From the NCBI GenBank assembly GCA_965207035.1, contig OZ242259.1, positions 3,117,329 through 3,181,328 on the forward strand: 64,000 bases of DNA, given 5' to 3'. The DNA is from Bryobacterales bacterium. Its GTDB lineage: Bacteria > Acidobacteriota > Terriglobia > Bryobacterales > UBA6623. Positions within the stretch are counted from its first letter, which is position 1. Each line of letters opens with the position of its first letter. The position numbers were made by a program, and so were the translations under genes. Below the pieces are notes generated by a model. It worked only from the letters and a program-made list of their open reading frames with translations. It did not search any database and was not told where the DNA came from. This document shows positions 1 through 8,941 of this stretch, piece by piece.

Positions 1-1012
1 GCAACACTGCCCCCTGAACGTTGTTGATCGAGGCGCGGATGAAGTCCGCGCTATCTCGCGTCTTCTCGATTTGGACGTGGGGAAATGCCTTGTGGATCCG
101 GTCGACTTCCTCCCAAAGCTGTTCCGAGACCTGGACGGTGTTGGCCCCGGCCTGCTTGTAGACGTACATGCGCACGCCCGCCTGTCCGTCGACGCTGACC
201 AGGTAATCTGCTTCCTCGTGGCTGTCCTCCACCTCGGCGATGTCCCGCACGTACACCGGCACGCCATTGCGGGTCGCCAGGACAACGTTGCGGATCTCGT
301 CCAAGCTCTGGAATTCGCCCCGCGTGCGCAGGAGCACGTCGAAACGTCCCTCCTCGACGGGCCCGACCGGGCGGTTCATGTTCTCCTGGCGCAGGATCTG
401 GACAACTTGGGGAATTGACAGTTCCAGCGCCCGCAGCTTCTTCAGATCCAGATCGACGTGGATTTCCCTGCGCAACCCGCCGCGCACGGTGAAGGCAGCC
501 ACTCCCGGCACGCGCTCGAGACGGTACTGGAGCTGCTTCTCGACGTAGTGACGCAGTTCCTTGGCGTCCAGCCCATGGGCGGAGACTGTCAAGTACATGA
601 TCGGGTACTGCGACGAGTCGTACTTGTACATGCTGGGAGGATCCATGTCTTCCGGCAGGTAGCGGCGGCGACGGTCGAGACGGGCGCGCAGTTCGTTGGC
701 CGCCTCGTCGATGTCGACGCCGTAGTCGAAGCCGACCCGCACATAGGCCTGGCCTTCGTATACCGAACTGGAGATTTCCTTGACATTCGGGGCGGCCGCA
801 AAGGCCTCTTCGAGCGGCCGGACCACCAAGGTCTCCATCTCTTCCGGCGCCACGCCCTCGTAGTCGGCCCGGACGCTGATCGTCGGATAGACAATCTCCG
901 GCATCAGGTCAACGGGGATATTGACGAACGCAACCGCCCCCAGCAAGATGGCGACGAGGCAGAGCATCAAGACAGTCACCGGCCGGTGAATCGATGCCGT
1001 CGCGAGATTCAT
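1..1012 (-). CDS. RND efflux transporter permease subunit (AcrB/AcrD/AcrF family), N-terminal part; runs off the window start
   Basis: Read manually from ATG at 1012: MNLATASIHRPVTVLMLCLVAILLGAVAFVNIPVDLMPEIVYPTISVRADYEGVAPEEMETLVVRPLEE, a typical AcrB-family N-terminus. It lies directly downstream of an MFP gene. Not in the ORF track because it is truncated. Confidence 0.93.
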   Translation of the reverse strand, partial: MNLATASIHRPVTVLMLCLVAILLGAVAFVNIPVDLMPEIVYPTISVRADYEGVAPEEMETLVVRPLEEAFAAAPNVKEISSSVYEGQAYVRVGFDYGVDIDEAANELRARLDRRRRYLPEDMDPPSMYKYDSSQYPIMYLTVSAHGLDAKELRHYVEKQLQYRLERVPGVAAFTVRGGLRREIHVDLDLKKLRALELSIPQVVQILRQENMNRPVGPVEEGRFDVLLRTRGEFQSLDEIRNVVLATRNGVPVYVRDIAEVEDSHEEADYLVSVDGQAGVRMYVYKQAGANTVQVSEQLWEEVDRIHKAFPHVQIEKTRDSADFIRASINNVQGAVL

Positions 1013-1108
1013 TTAGGCTGCTTTCCGGACCCCCGCAGCTCAATCATAGCGCCAAGATCACAGGGTTTGAGGCTCGATTCTCGCCGAACCGCCCGAAAAC
1101 GCGGGAAC

Positions 1109-2350
1109 CTAGCTCGCGTTTTTTGTGGGTGCTGTCTTTGTCGCACCGCCACCACTGTTCCCGCCGGCTCCGCCACCCTGGCCCTGGCCACCGGCGCCTC
1201 CACGCCCAGGTGGAGGTCCAGTGCTGATCCGATCCCCGTCGCGCAGCATCGTCGCCCCGCGCCCGACAATCCGCGTCCCGGCGTCCAGGTTTCCGAGGAC
1301 CTCGATCTGTCCCTCCCGGGTCATGCCAGTCTCGATAACACGGAATATGGGTCGATTGCCATCACCCTCAACGATGTAAACCCCGGGGTCCTGGCCGCGG
1401 TAGACAAGGCCGTCCCTGGGAATCAGCGTCGCGTCCCGCAAAGAACCGAGATCCAGGGAAATGCGAGCGAACATCTCCGCCTTGAGGACCATCTCGCGGT
1501 TGGGGATATCAATCTCGATCAGGGCGCTGCGCGTGGCGGCGTCCAGGACTGGAGCGATGCGGGCAACGACCCCCTCGAAACCGCGACCGGGCACCGCATC
1601 GACCATGACGTTGGCGGGATTGCCGATCGTCAGTTTCGCAATGTTGCGCTCGGGGACGTTGCCCTGCGTCACCATGGTCGCCAGATTGACGATCTGCAGA
1701 ATCGGCTGGTTCGGGCTGACCAAGGCTCCCGGATCGATGTAGCGCTGGGACACAACGCCGCTCATCGGGGCGTAGATCTTGGACTGGTCGAGACGGATGC
1801 GGAGTTCGGTGAGTTCCGCCATCGACTGCTGCGCCTGCGCTTCTGCGAGTTGCAGTTGCGCCTGCATGACTTCCAGGGATGTCTGTTCCTGCTGGTATTC
1901 CTGCGGGGACAGCAATTCCTCGTCGAACAGCAGTTTGGCGCGCTCGAGGCTGGCCATGGAGTTGGCGAGTTCGGCCTCCCGCGACGAGATGTTGGCCTGG
2001 CTCACCGCGAGGGCGGCCTCCGAGCGCCTCACTTGCTGCTGGAGTTCGTCGTCCTCCATTTCCGCGACCAGTGCGCCGCCCGTTACCCGGTCTCCGACCA
2101 GGAAGTGGATGCGCTCGATCCGGCCCGTGTTCTTCGGGTTGACGTCGACAACTTCCTTGGGCTTGAGCGACCCCGTCAGCAACAGCTCCTCGCGGATCTG
2201 GCCAGTCCTTGCTTCCGTCAGCTCCACGTTGATGATCCGGCCAGCCTGCTTCTTGGCCGGGGCAGCGGCCTGCTGGGTCGCGTCGTATACTCTAGAGCCG
2301 ACCAGGTACACGAGTATGATGCCGATCAGGACGGCTATGATTCGTTTCAT
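1109..2350 (-). CDS. RND efflux periplasmic adaptor (membrane fusion protein)
   Basis: N-terminal TM (MKRIIAVLIG...), lipoyl-like halves (GRIERIHFLVGDRV; IYAPMSGVVSQRYIDPGALV), helical hairpin, Gly-rich tail. Start at 2350 preferred over 2401. Confidence 0.92.
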   Translation of the reverse strand: MKRIIAVLIGIILVYLVGSRVYDATQQAAAPAKKQAGRIINVELTEARTGQIREELLLTGSLKPKEVVDVNPKNTGRIERIHFLVGDRVTGGALVAEMEDDELQQQVRRSEAALAVSQANISSREAELANSMASLERAKLLFDEELLSPQEYQQEQTSLEVMQAQLQLAEAQAQQSMAELTELRIRLDQSKIYAPMSGVVSQRYIDPGALVSPNQPILQIVNLATMVTQGNVPERNIAKLTIGNPANVMVDAVPGRGFEGVVARIAPVLDAATRSALIEIDIPNREMVLKAEMFARISLDLGSLRDATLIPRDGLVYRGQDPGVYIVEGDGNRPIFRVIETGMTREGQIEVLGNLDAGTRIVGRGATMLRDGDRISTGPPPGRGGAGGQGQGGGAGGNSGGGATKTAPTKNAS

Positions 2351-2429
2351 AGAGGTTGACTGGGAAGCAGGCGGAACGCGCACACCTTCCCCTTTGTTCA
2401 AGGCGCGGCGAATGCCTCTGCGGTTACGC

Positions 2430-2990
2430 TCAAAACTCCAGCCGGTCCCCTAGCTTAAGACCTTGCGCAGCCGCCTGACCGGCCGCCAGTTCCAGGACAT
2501 AGACGGAATTCGCCGTGCCGCCGTAAGACGGGCAGCGCCCCGGGTCGGAGTCGCGACAAGGCGGAGCGTCGTGGACGATCTCGACGATCCTGCGCCCCCC
2601 GTCCAGCCAGATCATGTCGAGAGGTATGAGGCACTGGTACATCCAGAACGATCTGGGCGTCGCGCGATCGCCCACGAACAGCATTCCGTTGTCGGGAGGC
2701 AAGTCGGAGCGAAACATCATTCCCATCGCCTGTTCCTCGGGAGTCATGGCCAGTTCCGCCTCGACCTGGCTGCCGTTCGGCAGCACGACGGTGGTCGTCG
2801 GCAATCGCGGCTGGGCGGAACTCGCTGCCGGCCTGGACGCGGGGCCGGCGCAGCCCAACAGCAGCGCCACAACCAACTGGGCCGCGAAGACGCGCAACGG
2901 CAAACGGGAGACAGATGAATTCGCGTGGGCCAGCGTTCGTTCCGGCACGGCCGACAGGGTCCTAGTACTTGAGCAATCGCTCGATCGCAA
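2430..2990 (-). CDS. DUF192 domain-containing lipoprotein
   Basis: Motifs ELAMTPEEQAMGMMFR, GMLF, FWMYQCLIPLDMIWLD and YVLELAAG match DUF192; lipobox-like LLLGC. The true start is probably downstream of 2990. Confidence 0.85.
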   Translation of the reverse strand: MRSSDCSSTRTLSAVPERTLAHANSSVSRLPLRVFAAQLVVALLLGCAGPASRPAASSAQPRLPTTTVVLPNGSQVEAELAMTPEEQAMGMMFRSDLPPDNGMLFVGDRATPRSFWMYQCLIPLDMIWLDGGRRIVEIVHDAPPCRDSDPGRCPSYGGTANSVYVLELAAGQAAAQGLKLGDRLEF

Positions 2991-4989
2991 GTCTCACCGA
3001 ATCCTCGGACGGGAGGACCTGCCGTTCCAGGTTCACGGCGGACGGGACGAAGCAATCCTCGGCACCCACGCGCGCAACGGGCGCGTCGAGCTGGTCGAAG
3101 CAATGCTGGGAGATCTCGGCTGCCACTTCGCCTCCGAAGCCCATGGTCAGGGAGTCCTCGTGGGCCACTACGACGCGGTTGGTCCGGCGCACGCTCTCGA
3201 AGACAGCCTGCTTGTCCCAGGGGATGATCGAGCGCAAGTCGATCACTTCGACCGATCCCTTGCCTTCCGCCTCCAGGGCGTTCGCGACAGCCTCGGCCTG
3301 GTGGACCGTGTAGCCCCACGTCACGACCGTGAGGTCCGTGCCGCTCCGCCGGGTCTTGGCCTTGCCGAACGGGATCAGGTAGTTCTCGTCAGGTTCGGGC
3401 GTGCGCGCGGGCATGGCGCGGTACAGGCCCTTGTGCTCCAGGAAGATCACCGGATCCTTCATCCGGGCAGCGGTCTTGAACAGCCCCTTGGCGTCCTGCG
3501 CGCACGACGGATACACGACGTACCAGCCCGGGATGTTCGCAAAGAATCCCTCGATGTTGGCCGAATGCCACGGTCCGCCCTTGATATAGCCGCCGCAGGC
3601 CACCCGGCAGACCATGGGGCAGCCCCACACTCCGGCACTGCGCCAGCGCATCGGCGCGATCTCGTCGCGCATCTGCATGAACGCCGGCCAGATGTAGTCG
3701 GCGAACTGAATCTCGATCACGGGCATGTAGCCTGCCGTGCCCATGCCGCCGGCGATGCCGAGGATCGAAGCCTCGGCCAGCGCGGAATTGACGCAGCGGG
3801 CTTCTCCGAACTCGTCAGTCAGCCCCTTGGTCACCCCGAAGACCCCGCCCTTGGGATCCTGGATGTCCTCCCCCCACATGACGATCTTGGGATTGCGCTG
3901 CATCTCTTCCCGGATGCCGGCGTTGATGGCCTGGACCATCGAAACGCGTTCGTTCACGAACGTCGGCTCCGACTCCTCCTCGACCGGAAGGTCCTTGGAG
4001 AAGACATGCTGCATGACGTCGTAGTTCTGCGGGTACGGGTGGGAATCGGCCTCTTCGGCGGCGCGGTCGACCTCGTCCTTGATCTTGGCGCGCAGGTCCT
4101 CGATTTGCGGCTCGGTCAACAATCCGGAACTCAGGACCTGGGCCTCGGCGCGGAGAATCGGATCGCGCATGGCAACTTCGTCCAGTTCCTCCGCGCTGCG
4201 GTACTTGCGGTGGTCGTCGGACGAGGAGTGGTGGTCGAGACGCACCACATTGAACTCGATCAGGGCCGGGCCCTTTCCATCGCGAATGTCCTGGATCAGT
4301 CCGGGTAACAACTGGTACATCGTCTCGAACGACCCAGTGCCGTCTAGGTTGTACGCGGGTAACCCGAAGCCTTCCGCGATGTCGTGGATCTTGGACGCGG
4401 TCTGGTACTTCTGCGGGACGCTGATCGCGTAGCCGTTGTTCTGGACGACAAACAGGACAGGCAGCTTCTCGCGAGCTGCCCAGTTCAGTGATTCGAAGAA
4501 TTCACCCTCGCTCGTGGCACCTTCACCGGAGGACGCGTACACGATGGCGTCGGAGCCGTCGTACCGCAAGGCACGAGCCGCGCCGACGGCCGGCAGGTAC
4601 TGCGTGCCGGTACAGGCGCTCTGGGCCACCAGTTTGAGCTCTTCCGAGGACCACTGCTCGGGCATGTTCACGCCCTCGGAGTTCGGGTCTCCCTCGCGAT
4701 TGAGCAAGCCCAGGAAAATGTCCTTGTACGACATGCCGAGCGTTACGGCGACGCTCTTCTCGCGGTAGTAGGTGTAGAACCAGTCATGCCCGGTCCGCAT
4801 GAGCATGGGCACACCGACCTGCACCTGCTCGTGACCCCGGGTGGACGCGTAGAAGGCAAGCTTGCCCTGCTTCACGAAGACCTTGGCACGCTCCTCGACG
4901 TAGTAGCACTGAAGGAGCTTCTCGTAGAATTCCCTGACTACCTTGTCGGGAACGATCGCCTCGGTTACGTCCATCACTTGGGTTGCCAT
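2962..4989 (-). CDS. 2-oxoacid dehydrogenase E1 component, fused alpha/beta subunit (branched-chain/pyruvate type)
   Basis: TPP-binding GEGATSEGEF...NNGYAIS, HHSSSDD loop, then the beta-subunit motifs GEDI, GGVFGVT, EIQFADY, VIDLRS. Confidence 0.93.
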   Translation of the reverse strand: MATQVMDVTEAIVPDKVVREFYEKLLQCYYVEERAKVFVKQGKLAFYASTRGHEQVQVGVPMLMRTGHDWFYTYYREKSVAVTLGMSYKDIFLGLLNREGDPNSEGVNMPEQWSSEELKLVAQSACTGTQYLPAVGAARALRYDGSDAIVYASSGEGATSEGEFFESLNWAAREKLPVLFVVQNNGYAISVPQKYQTASKIHDIAEGFGLPAYNLDGTGSFETMYQLLPGLIQDIRDGKGPALIEFNVVRLDHHSSSDDHRKYRSAEELDEVAMRDPILRAEAQVLSSGLLTEPQIEDLRAKIKDEVDRAAEEADSHPYPQNYDVMQHVFSKDLPVEEESEPTFVNERVSMVQAINAGIREEMQRNPKIVMWGEDIQDPKGGVFGVTKGLTDEFGEARCVNSALAEASILGIAGGMGTAGYMPVIEIQFADYIWPAFMQMRDEIAPMRWRSAGVWGCPMVCRVACGGYIKGGPWHSANIEGFFANIPGWYVVYPSCAQDAKGLFKTAARMKDPVIFLEHKGLYRAMPARTPEPDENYLIPFGKAKTRRSGTDLTVVTWGYTVHQAEAVANALEAEGKGSVEVIDLRSIIPWDKQAVFESVRRTNRVVVAHEDSLTMGFGGEVAAEISQHCFDQLDAPVARVGAEDCFVPSAVNLERQVLPSEDSVRLAIERLLKY

Positions 4990-5647
4990 AGCCGGTTTGG
5001 TTCTGCGAGTCCGCACAGCGGTCTGACGAGCGCAGAAATCACCTTCAACTTCCCGGCCCCTGATAAGCGGGGAAGGCGTGACCTGAAGGGGAGAAGCGGC
5101 CGCGGCGCTGCTCGTTCTTTGTCTACACGATTATACGCGAACGAGCAAATTCCCGGATCAGGCCGGTGGCTATCGGAATCATGTCAAATGGTCAAGCTGC
5201 CGCGTTCCCTCCCAATCGAACAGTGAAGATCTGCGGTGACATTGTTGTGTCAATGCGGCTGGCGTGATGGTCATCGTAATCAGGAACGGGTCGTTCAGGG
5301 GGGCTTAGACACCCGGAGAGCCAGTTGGAGCTCTTCGAGAACTTCCACTCTGTTGAGGCCAATGTGAACATCTTGCTGGAGTTCCCGGAAGTGAGGTTTC
5401 CGGGGGTGCCGTGCAAGAAGATCTGGGCACGCTACATCGCGGCACGCACGCAGGGCCTACCACAATGGGAATGCCTCGAAGAGTTGCCGGAAGTGGCGAT
5501 CGAGCACCAGAACCTGCGAGTGGAGCAGGGAGGACAGGATGACCTGGTCAAGTCTGCTACACCTGCTCATCTTGAGCACGTTGAGTGAGCCGAGGCTTGG
5601 CGAGTCAGTCCCGGTCTCCTTGGATTCCGGTTCAGCCAAGCTGCAGG

Positions 5648-5721
5648 TGGAGGGACGGCGTGGAATCGAACCTGGACCCCTGCGTGAGACGGCAATGTTC
5701 TCTCCATAGAGCTACGGCCCC
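5648..5721 (-). ncRNA. Degenerate tRNA-like element (pseudo-tRNA)
   Basis: Minus strand reads GGGGCCGTAGCTCTATGGAGAG...GGTCCAGGTTCGATTCCACGCCGTCCCTCCA, 74 nt ending in CCA. Acceptor 6/7 pairs, D stem 3/4, TTCGATT T-loop but T stem only 3/5, 8-nt anticodon loop CGTCTCAC. Confidence 0.5.
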
Positions 5722-5844
5722 TTCAATCAGGGGCATCGGGCGGCTTCGCTTCTTGTTGCCCAAGTCGTCAAGGGCGAAGACTGTCAAGGGGAACCATTTG
5801 ATCTTGAGTGCTAATGGTCGGAGGTGGTTGATTCTCCCGCTCAT

Positions 5845-6381
5845 TCAGTCCCAGAGCCGGAACACCGCGCCGGCGGTGAAGGCGAATTCATAGTGCCTGG
5901 TATAGCGGAAGCCTGCGTGGACTCCAATGCGTGGAGCCAGCATGATCCGTGCGACGCCGCCCCCGCCATAGTTCAAGTCGGGTGCTGAGAAGCAGTTTGT
6001 GTCGATACAGAACCGTATGTTGGTGAAGCCGACGATCGGTGCCGGAATCAGAGAGACAGTCTTGCTGACCCGGATCGGGATACCGATCGATAGGTCGAGT
6101 CCGCTCAATTCGAGTCCGAGTCCGAGGTTGGTTCCGGTCAGATCCTCGAAGAGGTTCAATACGGTCTGCACCTGTGGGGGTGTTCTGAGGGAGTGCCCGT
6201 CTGCTGCAACGAAGAACCACTTCCGCTCCACCCCGCCGCCTGCAAGGAATCCGCTGAAGCCCTTGTTGGAACTGCTAATCAGGCTGCCGCCGTAGCCATG
6301 GATATGAGTCTGGGCATTGGCGGCTGCGGAGGTCAGTGTGAGTGCCATGCAGAGTGTCAGGACTCTGGCTAGGGCTCGCAT
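5845..6381 (-). CDS. Secreted protein, probable small outer-membrane beta-barrel
   Basis: Signal peptide ending AAANA-Q; alternating hydrophobic beta-strand pattern with Gly/aromatics; C-terminal strand FAFTAGAVFRLWD. Confidence 0.6.
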   Translation of the reverse strand: MRALARVLTLCMALTLTSAAANAQTHIHGYGGSLISSSNKGFSGFLAGGGVERKWFFVAADGHSLRTPPQVQTVLNLFEDLTGTNLGLGLELSGLDLSIGIPIRVSKTVSLIPAPIVGFTNIRFCIDTNCFSAPDLNYGGGGVARIMLAPRIGVHAGFRYTRHYEFAFTAGAVFRLWD

Positions 6382-6566
6382 TCTAGAGGCTGAGTGTGAG
6401 CCTACCGGAGTCTTGGAATGGTGTCAAGGTGGATGGCGGGAAGGGGTGTACGTCCCGGTTTTGAGATCAGTGTGATTTAACCGAACGCGGTAGGTATGCC
6501 GTATTTGTTGCAAGGTTTTCTGCTGGCAGCGTCTTTACGTGATATAGAATAAAGACAGGAGGCCCC

Positions 6567-6965
6567 ATGCCAGACCCCCATCACACACCCGCCCTCGAGC
6601 AGCAACGTGACCGCATCCGTAGCCAACTCGCCTCCATCGGCGACTTGCGTCCCGGACCGCTGCGCGAGAAATTCATGCGCTGCGGCAAGCCCACCTGCCG
6701 CTGCCAGCACGAGCAGGATCCCGGCCACGGGCCCTACTTCGTGCTCGACTGCCAAACCGGCGGTCGCAAGACCACCCGCTCGATTCCTGCCGACCGCGTC
6801 GCCGAGACGCGCGCTCAAGTCGAGGAATGCCAGCGCCTGCGCCGCTTGACCAGCGAACTGATTGAGGTCAGCGAGCAGCTGTGCGATACCCGCTTGGCCG
6901 AAGACAAGACCGCCACGGGCAAAAAAAACTCTCGGCAGCGCGTTCGCCGCCGCCATCCAAGCTGA
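6567..6965 (+). CDS. IS accessory ORF, DUF6788-like zinc-binding protein
   Basis: GDLRPG...MRCGKPTCRC...GHGPY motif; upstream RBS AGGAGG; lies inside the IS. Confidence 0.78.
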   Translation: MPDPHHTPALEQQRDRIRSQLASIGDLRPGPLREKFMRCGKPTCRCQHEQDPGHGPYFVLDCQTGGRKTTRSIPADRVAETRAQVEECQRLRRLTSELIEVSEQLCDTRLAEDKTATGKKNSRQRVRRRHPS

Positions 6966-8268
6966 GATCGAGGCGCTGCTGAGCCGCGGCCCGGCCGCTG
7001 CACTGGATTTGGAGGCCCTCGAGACCGCCGCACGGCGTTGTGCCCTGCAGGTTGCGGCGCTGGCTGTCCAAGACCGGCTCAACGCCGACGGCTCCGACTG
7101 GCAGGGCCCCCGTCTGCCCTGCACCTGCGGCCAACCCGCCCGCTACGCCGGCCGCCGTGCCAAGACCTTCCTCACCGCGCTCGGCCCGGTCGAACTGCAC
7201 CGCGCCTACTACCATTGCGCGGCCTGCCAGGCGGGTTTCTTCCCGCGCGACCGGTCCCTGGGACTGGAGGGCACCTCGCTCTCGCCGGCCACCACGCGCA
7301 TGGCCGGCACGGCGGCGGCCTGCGCCAGCTTCGCCGAAGCCTCCGAACTGCTCGACGACTTGGCCGGCTTGCGCGTTTCTCCCAAACACGTCGAGCGCGT
7401 CGCCGAGGCGCTGGGACGCGAGATCGACGCCGCCGAGCGCTCCGGCACGGTCTTTGCCAGCGTTCCGCCGAGCGCCCCCACCATGTACCTCGGTATCGAC
7501 GGCACCGGCGTGCCCGTGCGCAAGAGCGAGACGGCCGGGCGGCCGGGCAAGCAGCCGGACGGTTCCGCCAAGACCCGCGAGGCCAAGCTGATCACGGCCT
7601 GGACCGCTGAGGCGCGCCACCCCCAGACCGGCCGTCCCATGCGCGACCCCGGCTCGGTCAGCTACTGCGCGGCGATCGAGAGCGCCGCCAGCCGCGACAC
7701 CGACCGCTACCCGAGCGCCTTCGCGCAACGCGTGCGACGCGAGGCGGAGCGGCGCGGATTCCCGCAAGCCGGGCGGCGCGTCGTGCTCGGCGACGGAGCT
7801 TTGTGGATTTGGTCGTTATGCCAAGAGCAGTTCCCGGGAGCCGTGCAGATCGTCGACCTCTTCCACGCTAAGGAGCACCTTTGGACGGTGTCCCGGCAGT
7901 TGCATGCGGGCCACGACGCTTTGATCAAGGCTTGGGCGGACGAGCGCTGCGACGAACTGGAGGGCGGCCGGTTCGAGGCGCTGCTGGCGGCCCTGCGTTC
8001 TGCCAGCGCCTGCGAGGAGGCCAGCAAGTGTGTCGAGTACATGCAGCGCAATCGCGACCGGATGCGCTACGCGGAGTTCCGTGCCGCCGGGCTGTGTGTC
8101 GGCTCGGGGGTTGTGGAAAGCGGCTGCAAGAGTATCGTCGGATCGCGCCTCAAACAGTCCGGGATGAAATGGACCGTCAACGGTGCCAACGCCATCCTCT
8201 CGCTACGCTGCTGCATCAAGTCTCGTCGCTATGAGGACTTCTGGGAAAGTCGATCAGCCGCGAACTAG
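6862..8268 (+). CDS. ISKra4-family DDE transposase (UPF0236-like); start uncertain
   Basis: Zn-ribbon CTCG and RAYYHCAAC; DDE residues in YLGIDGTGVP, LGDGALWIW (then VDLFHAKEHL) and GSGVVESGCK. Confidence 0.9.
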   Translation: MRSASSCAIPAWPKTRPPRAKKTLGSAFAAAIQAEIEALLSRGPAAALDLEALETAARRCALQVAALAVQDRLNADGSDWQGPRLPCTCGQPARYAGRRAKTFLTALGPVELHRAYYHCAACQAGFFPRDRSLGLEGTSLSPATTRMAGTAAACASFAEASELLDDLAGLRVSPKHVERVAEALGREIDAAERSGTVFASVPPSAPTMYLGIDGTGVPVRKSETAGRPGKQPDGSAKTREAKLITAWTAEARHPQTGRPMRDPGSVSYCAAIESAASRDTDRYPSAFAQRVRREAERRGFPQAGRRVVLGDGALWIWSLCQEQFPGAVQIVDLFHAKEHLWTVSRQLHAGHDALIKAWADERCDELEGGRFEALLAALRSASACEEASKCVEYMQRNRDRMRYAEFRAAGLCVGSGVVESGCKSIVGSRLKQSGMKWTVNGANAILSLRCCIKSRRYEDFWESRSAAN

Positions 8269-8593
8269 GGGCGAGTCTCAAGAAGCTGACGTACACCCGG
8301 CGGGAAGCGGCTGCGGCACAAGGATGATCTTCTGTGGAGGGGTTGAAGCAAGATGTTGCAGCGGCTAGGTGCCTACCGGAAACGATTCCCGAGGCTGTGG
8401 GCATTGGCACGGATGGTCAAGCGGGGGCCGGCGATCGTCGAAAGACAGCAGTACGGCCGAGAGTCTCCAGGCCGGCAAGCCAGGTTTCCTTGACATCCAA
8501 GCGCCTGAAACACGGTGATCTACCATAGTGCGGACGGTCAGGTCGGGATTCGTTCCCGGGACAACCGCAAATGGCGCTTGGGGAGGTAAGGGC

Positions 8594-8866
8594 ATGAAGA
8601 TTTCGCGGGTTGCGCTGGGCTTGACGCTCGGCATCTTGTGGGGAGTATCGATGTGCGGAATCACGATTATTCACGCGATCTTCCCGGACTACGGGTCGGA
8701 ATACTTCCAACTGATCGGGTCGATCTATCCGGGAATCTCGGGATCCGACCCGGTTGTGGATTTGGGGCTGAGTGCCGTTTACGGAGTAGTGGACGGTTTT
8801 GTCTTCGGATTCGTCATCGCCTGGCTCTACAACTTCGTCCTCACCAGGATCGTCCAGCGCCAATAG
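8594..8866 (+). CDS. Small membrane protein (about 90 aa) resembling a family often labelled bacteriophage holin
   Basis: RBS GGAGG upstream of ATG 8594; hydrophobic segments; pattern ALGLTLGILWG...YPG...YGVVDG...FVIAWLYN. The holin function is only a recalled annotation label. Confidence 0.6.
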   Translation: MKISRVALGLTLGILWGVSMCGITIIHAIFPDYGSEYFQLIGSIYPGISGSDPVVDLGLSAVYGVVDGFVFGFVIAWLYNFVLTRIVQRQ

Positions 8867-8941
8867 TTGACCGCCGGGGCCCGAGCATCGGCCCTTGACA
8901 GGCATTGCCCTGGGAATTGCCCTCACCAGCGAGTGCCTATA

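Larger units (their letters stand above)
6444..8298 (+). mobile_element. Complete ISKra4-family insertion sequence with terminal inverted repeats and 9-bp target-site duplication
   Basis: Left end GGGTGTACGTC-N6-TTGAGA (6444) and right end reverse complement GGGTGTACGTC-N6-TTGAGA (ends 8298). Direct repeat GGCGGGAAG at 6435-6443 and 8299-8307. Confidence 0.92.

Noticed and set aside
458-4308. Long plus-strand ORFs 458-2359 (633 aa) and 2614-4308 (564 aa)
   Set aside because: They are antisense shadows of well-supported minus-strand genes (RND pair, DUF192, E1), have no recognisable motifs, and are expected in GC-rich DNA.
5632-5844. 70-aa ORF starting immediately after the beta-barrel stop (TGA-ATG)
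   Set aside because: No protein motif is recognisable, and its 3' half is the tRNA-like element, which explains the sequence better.
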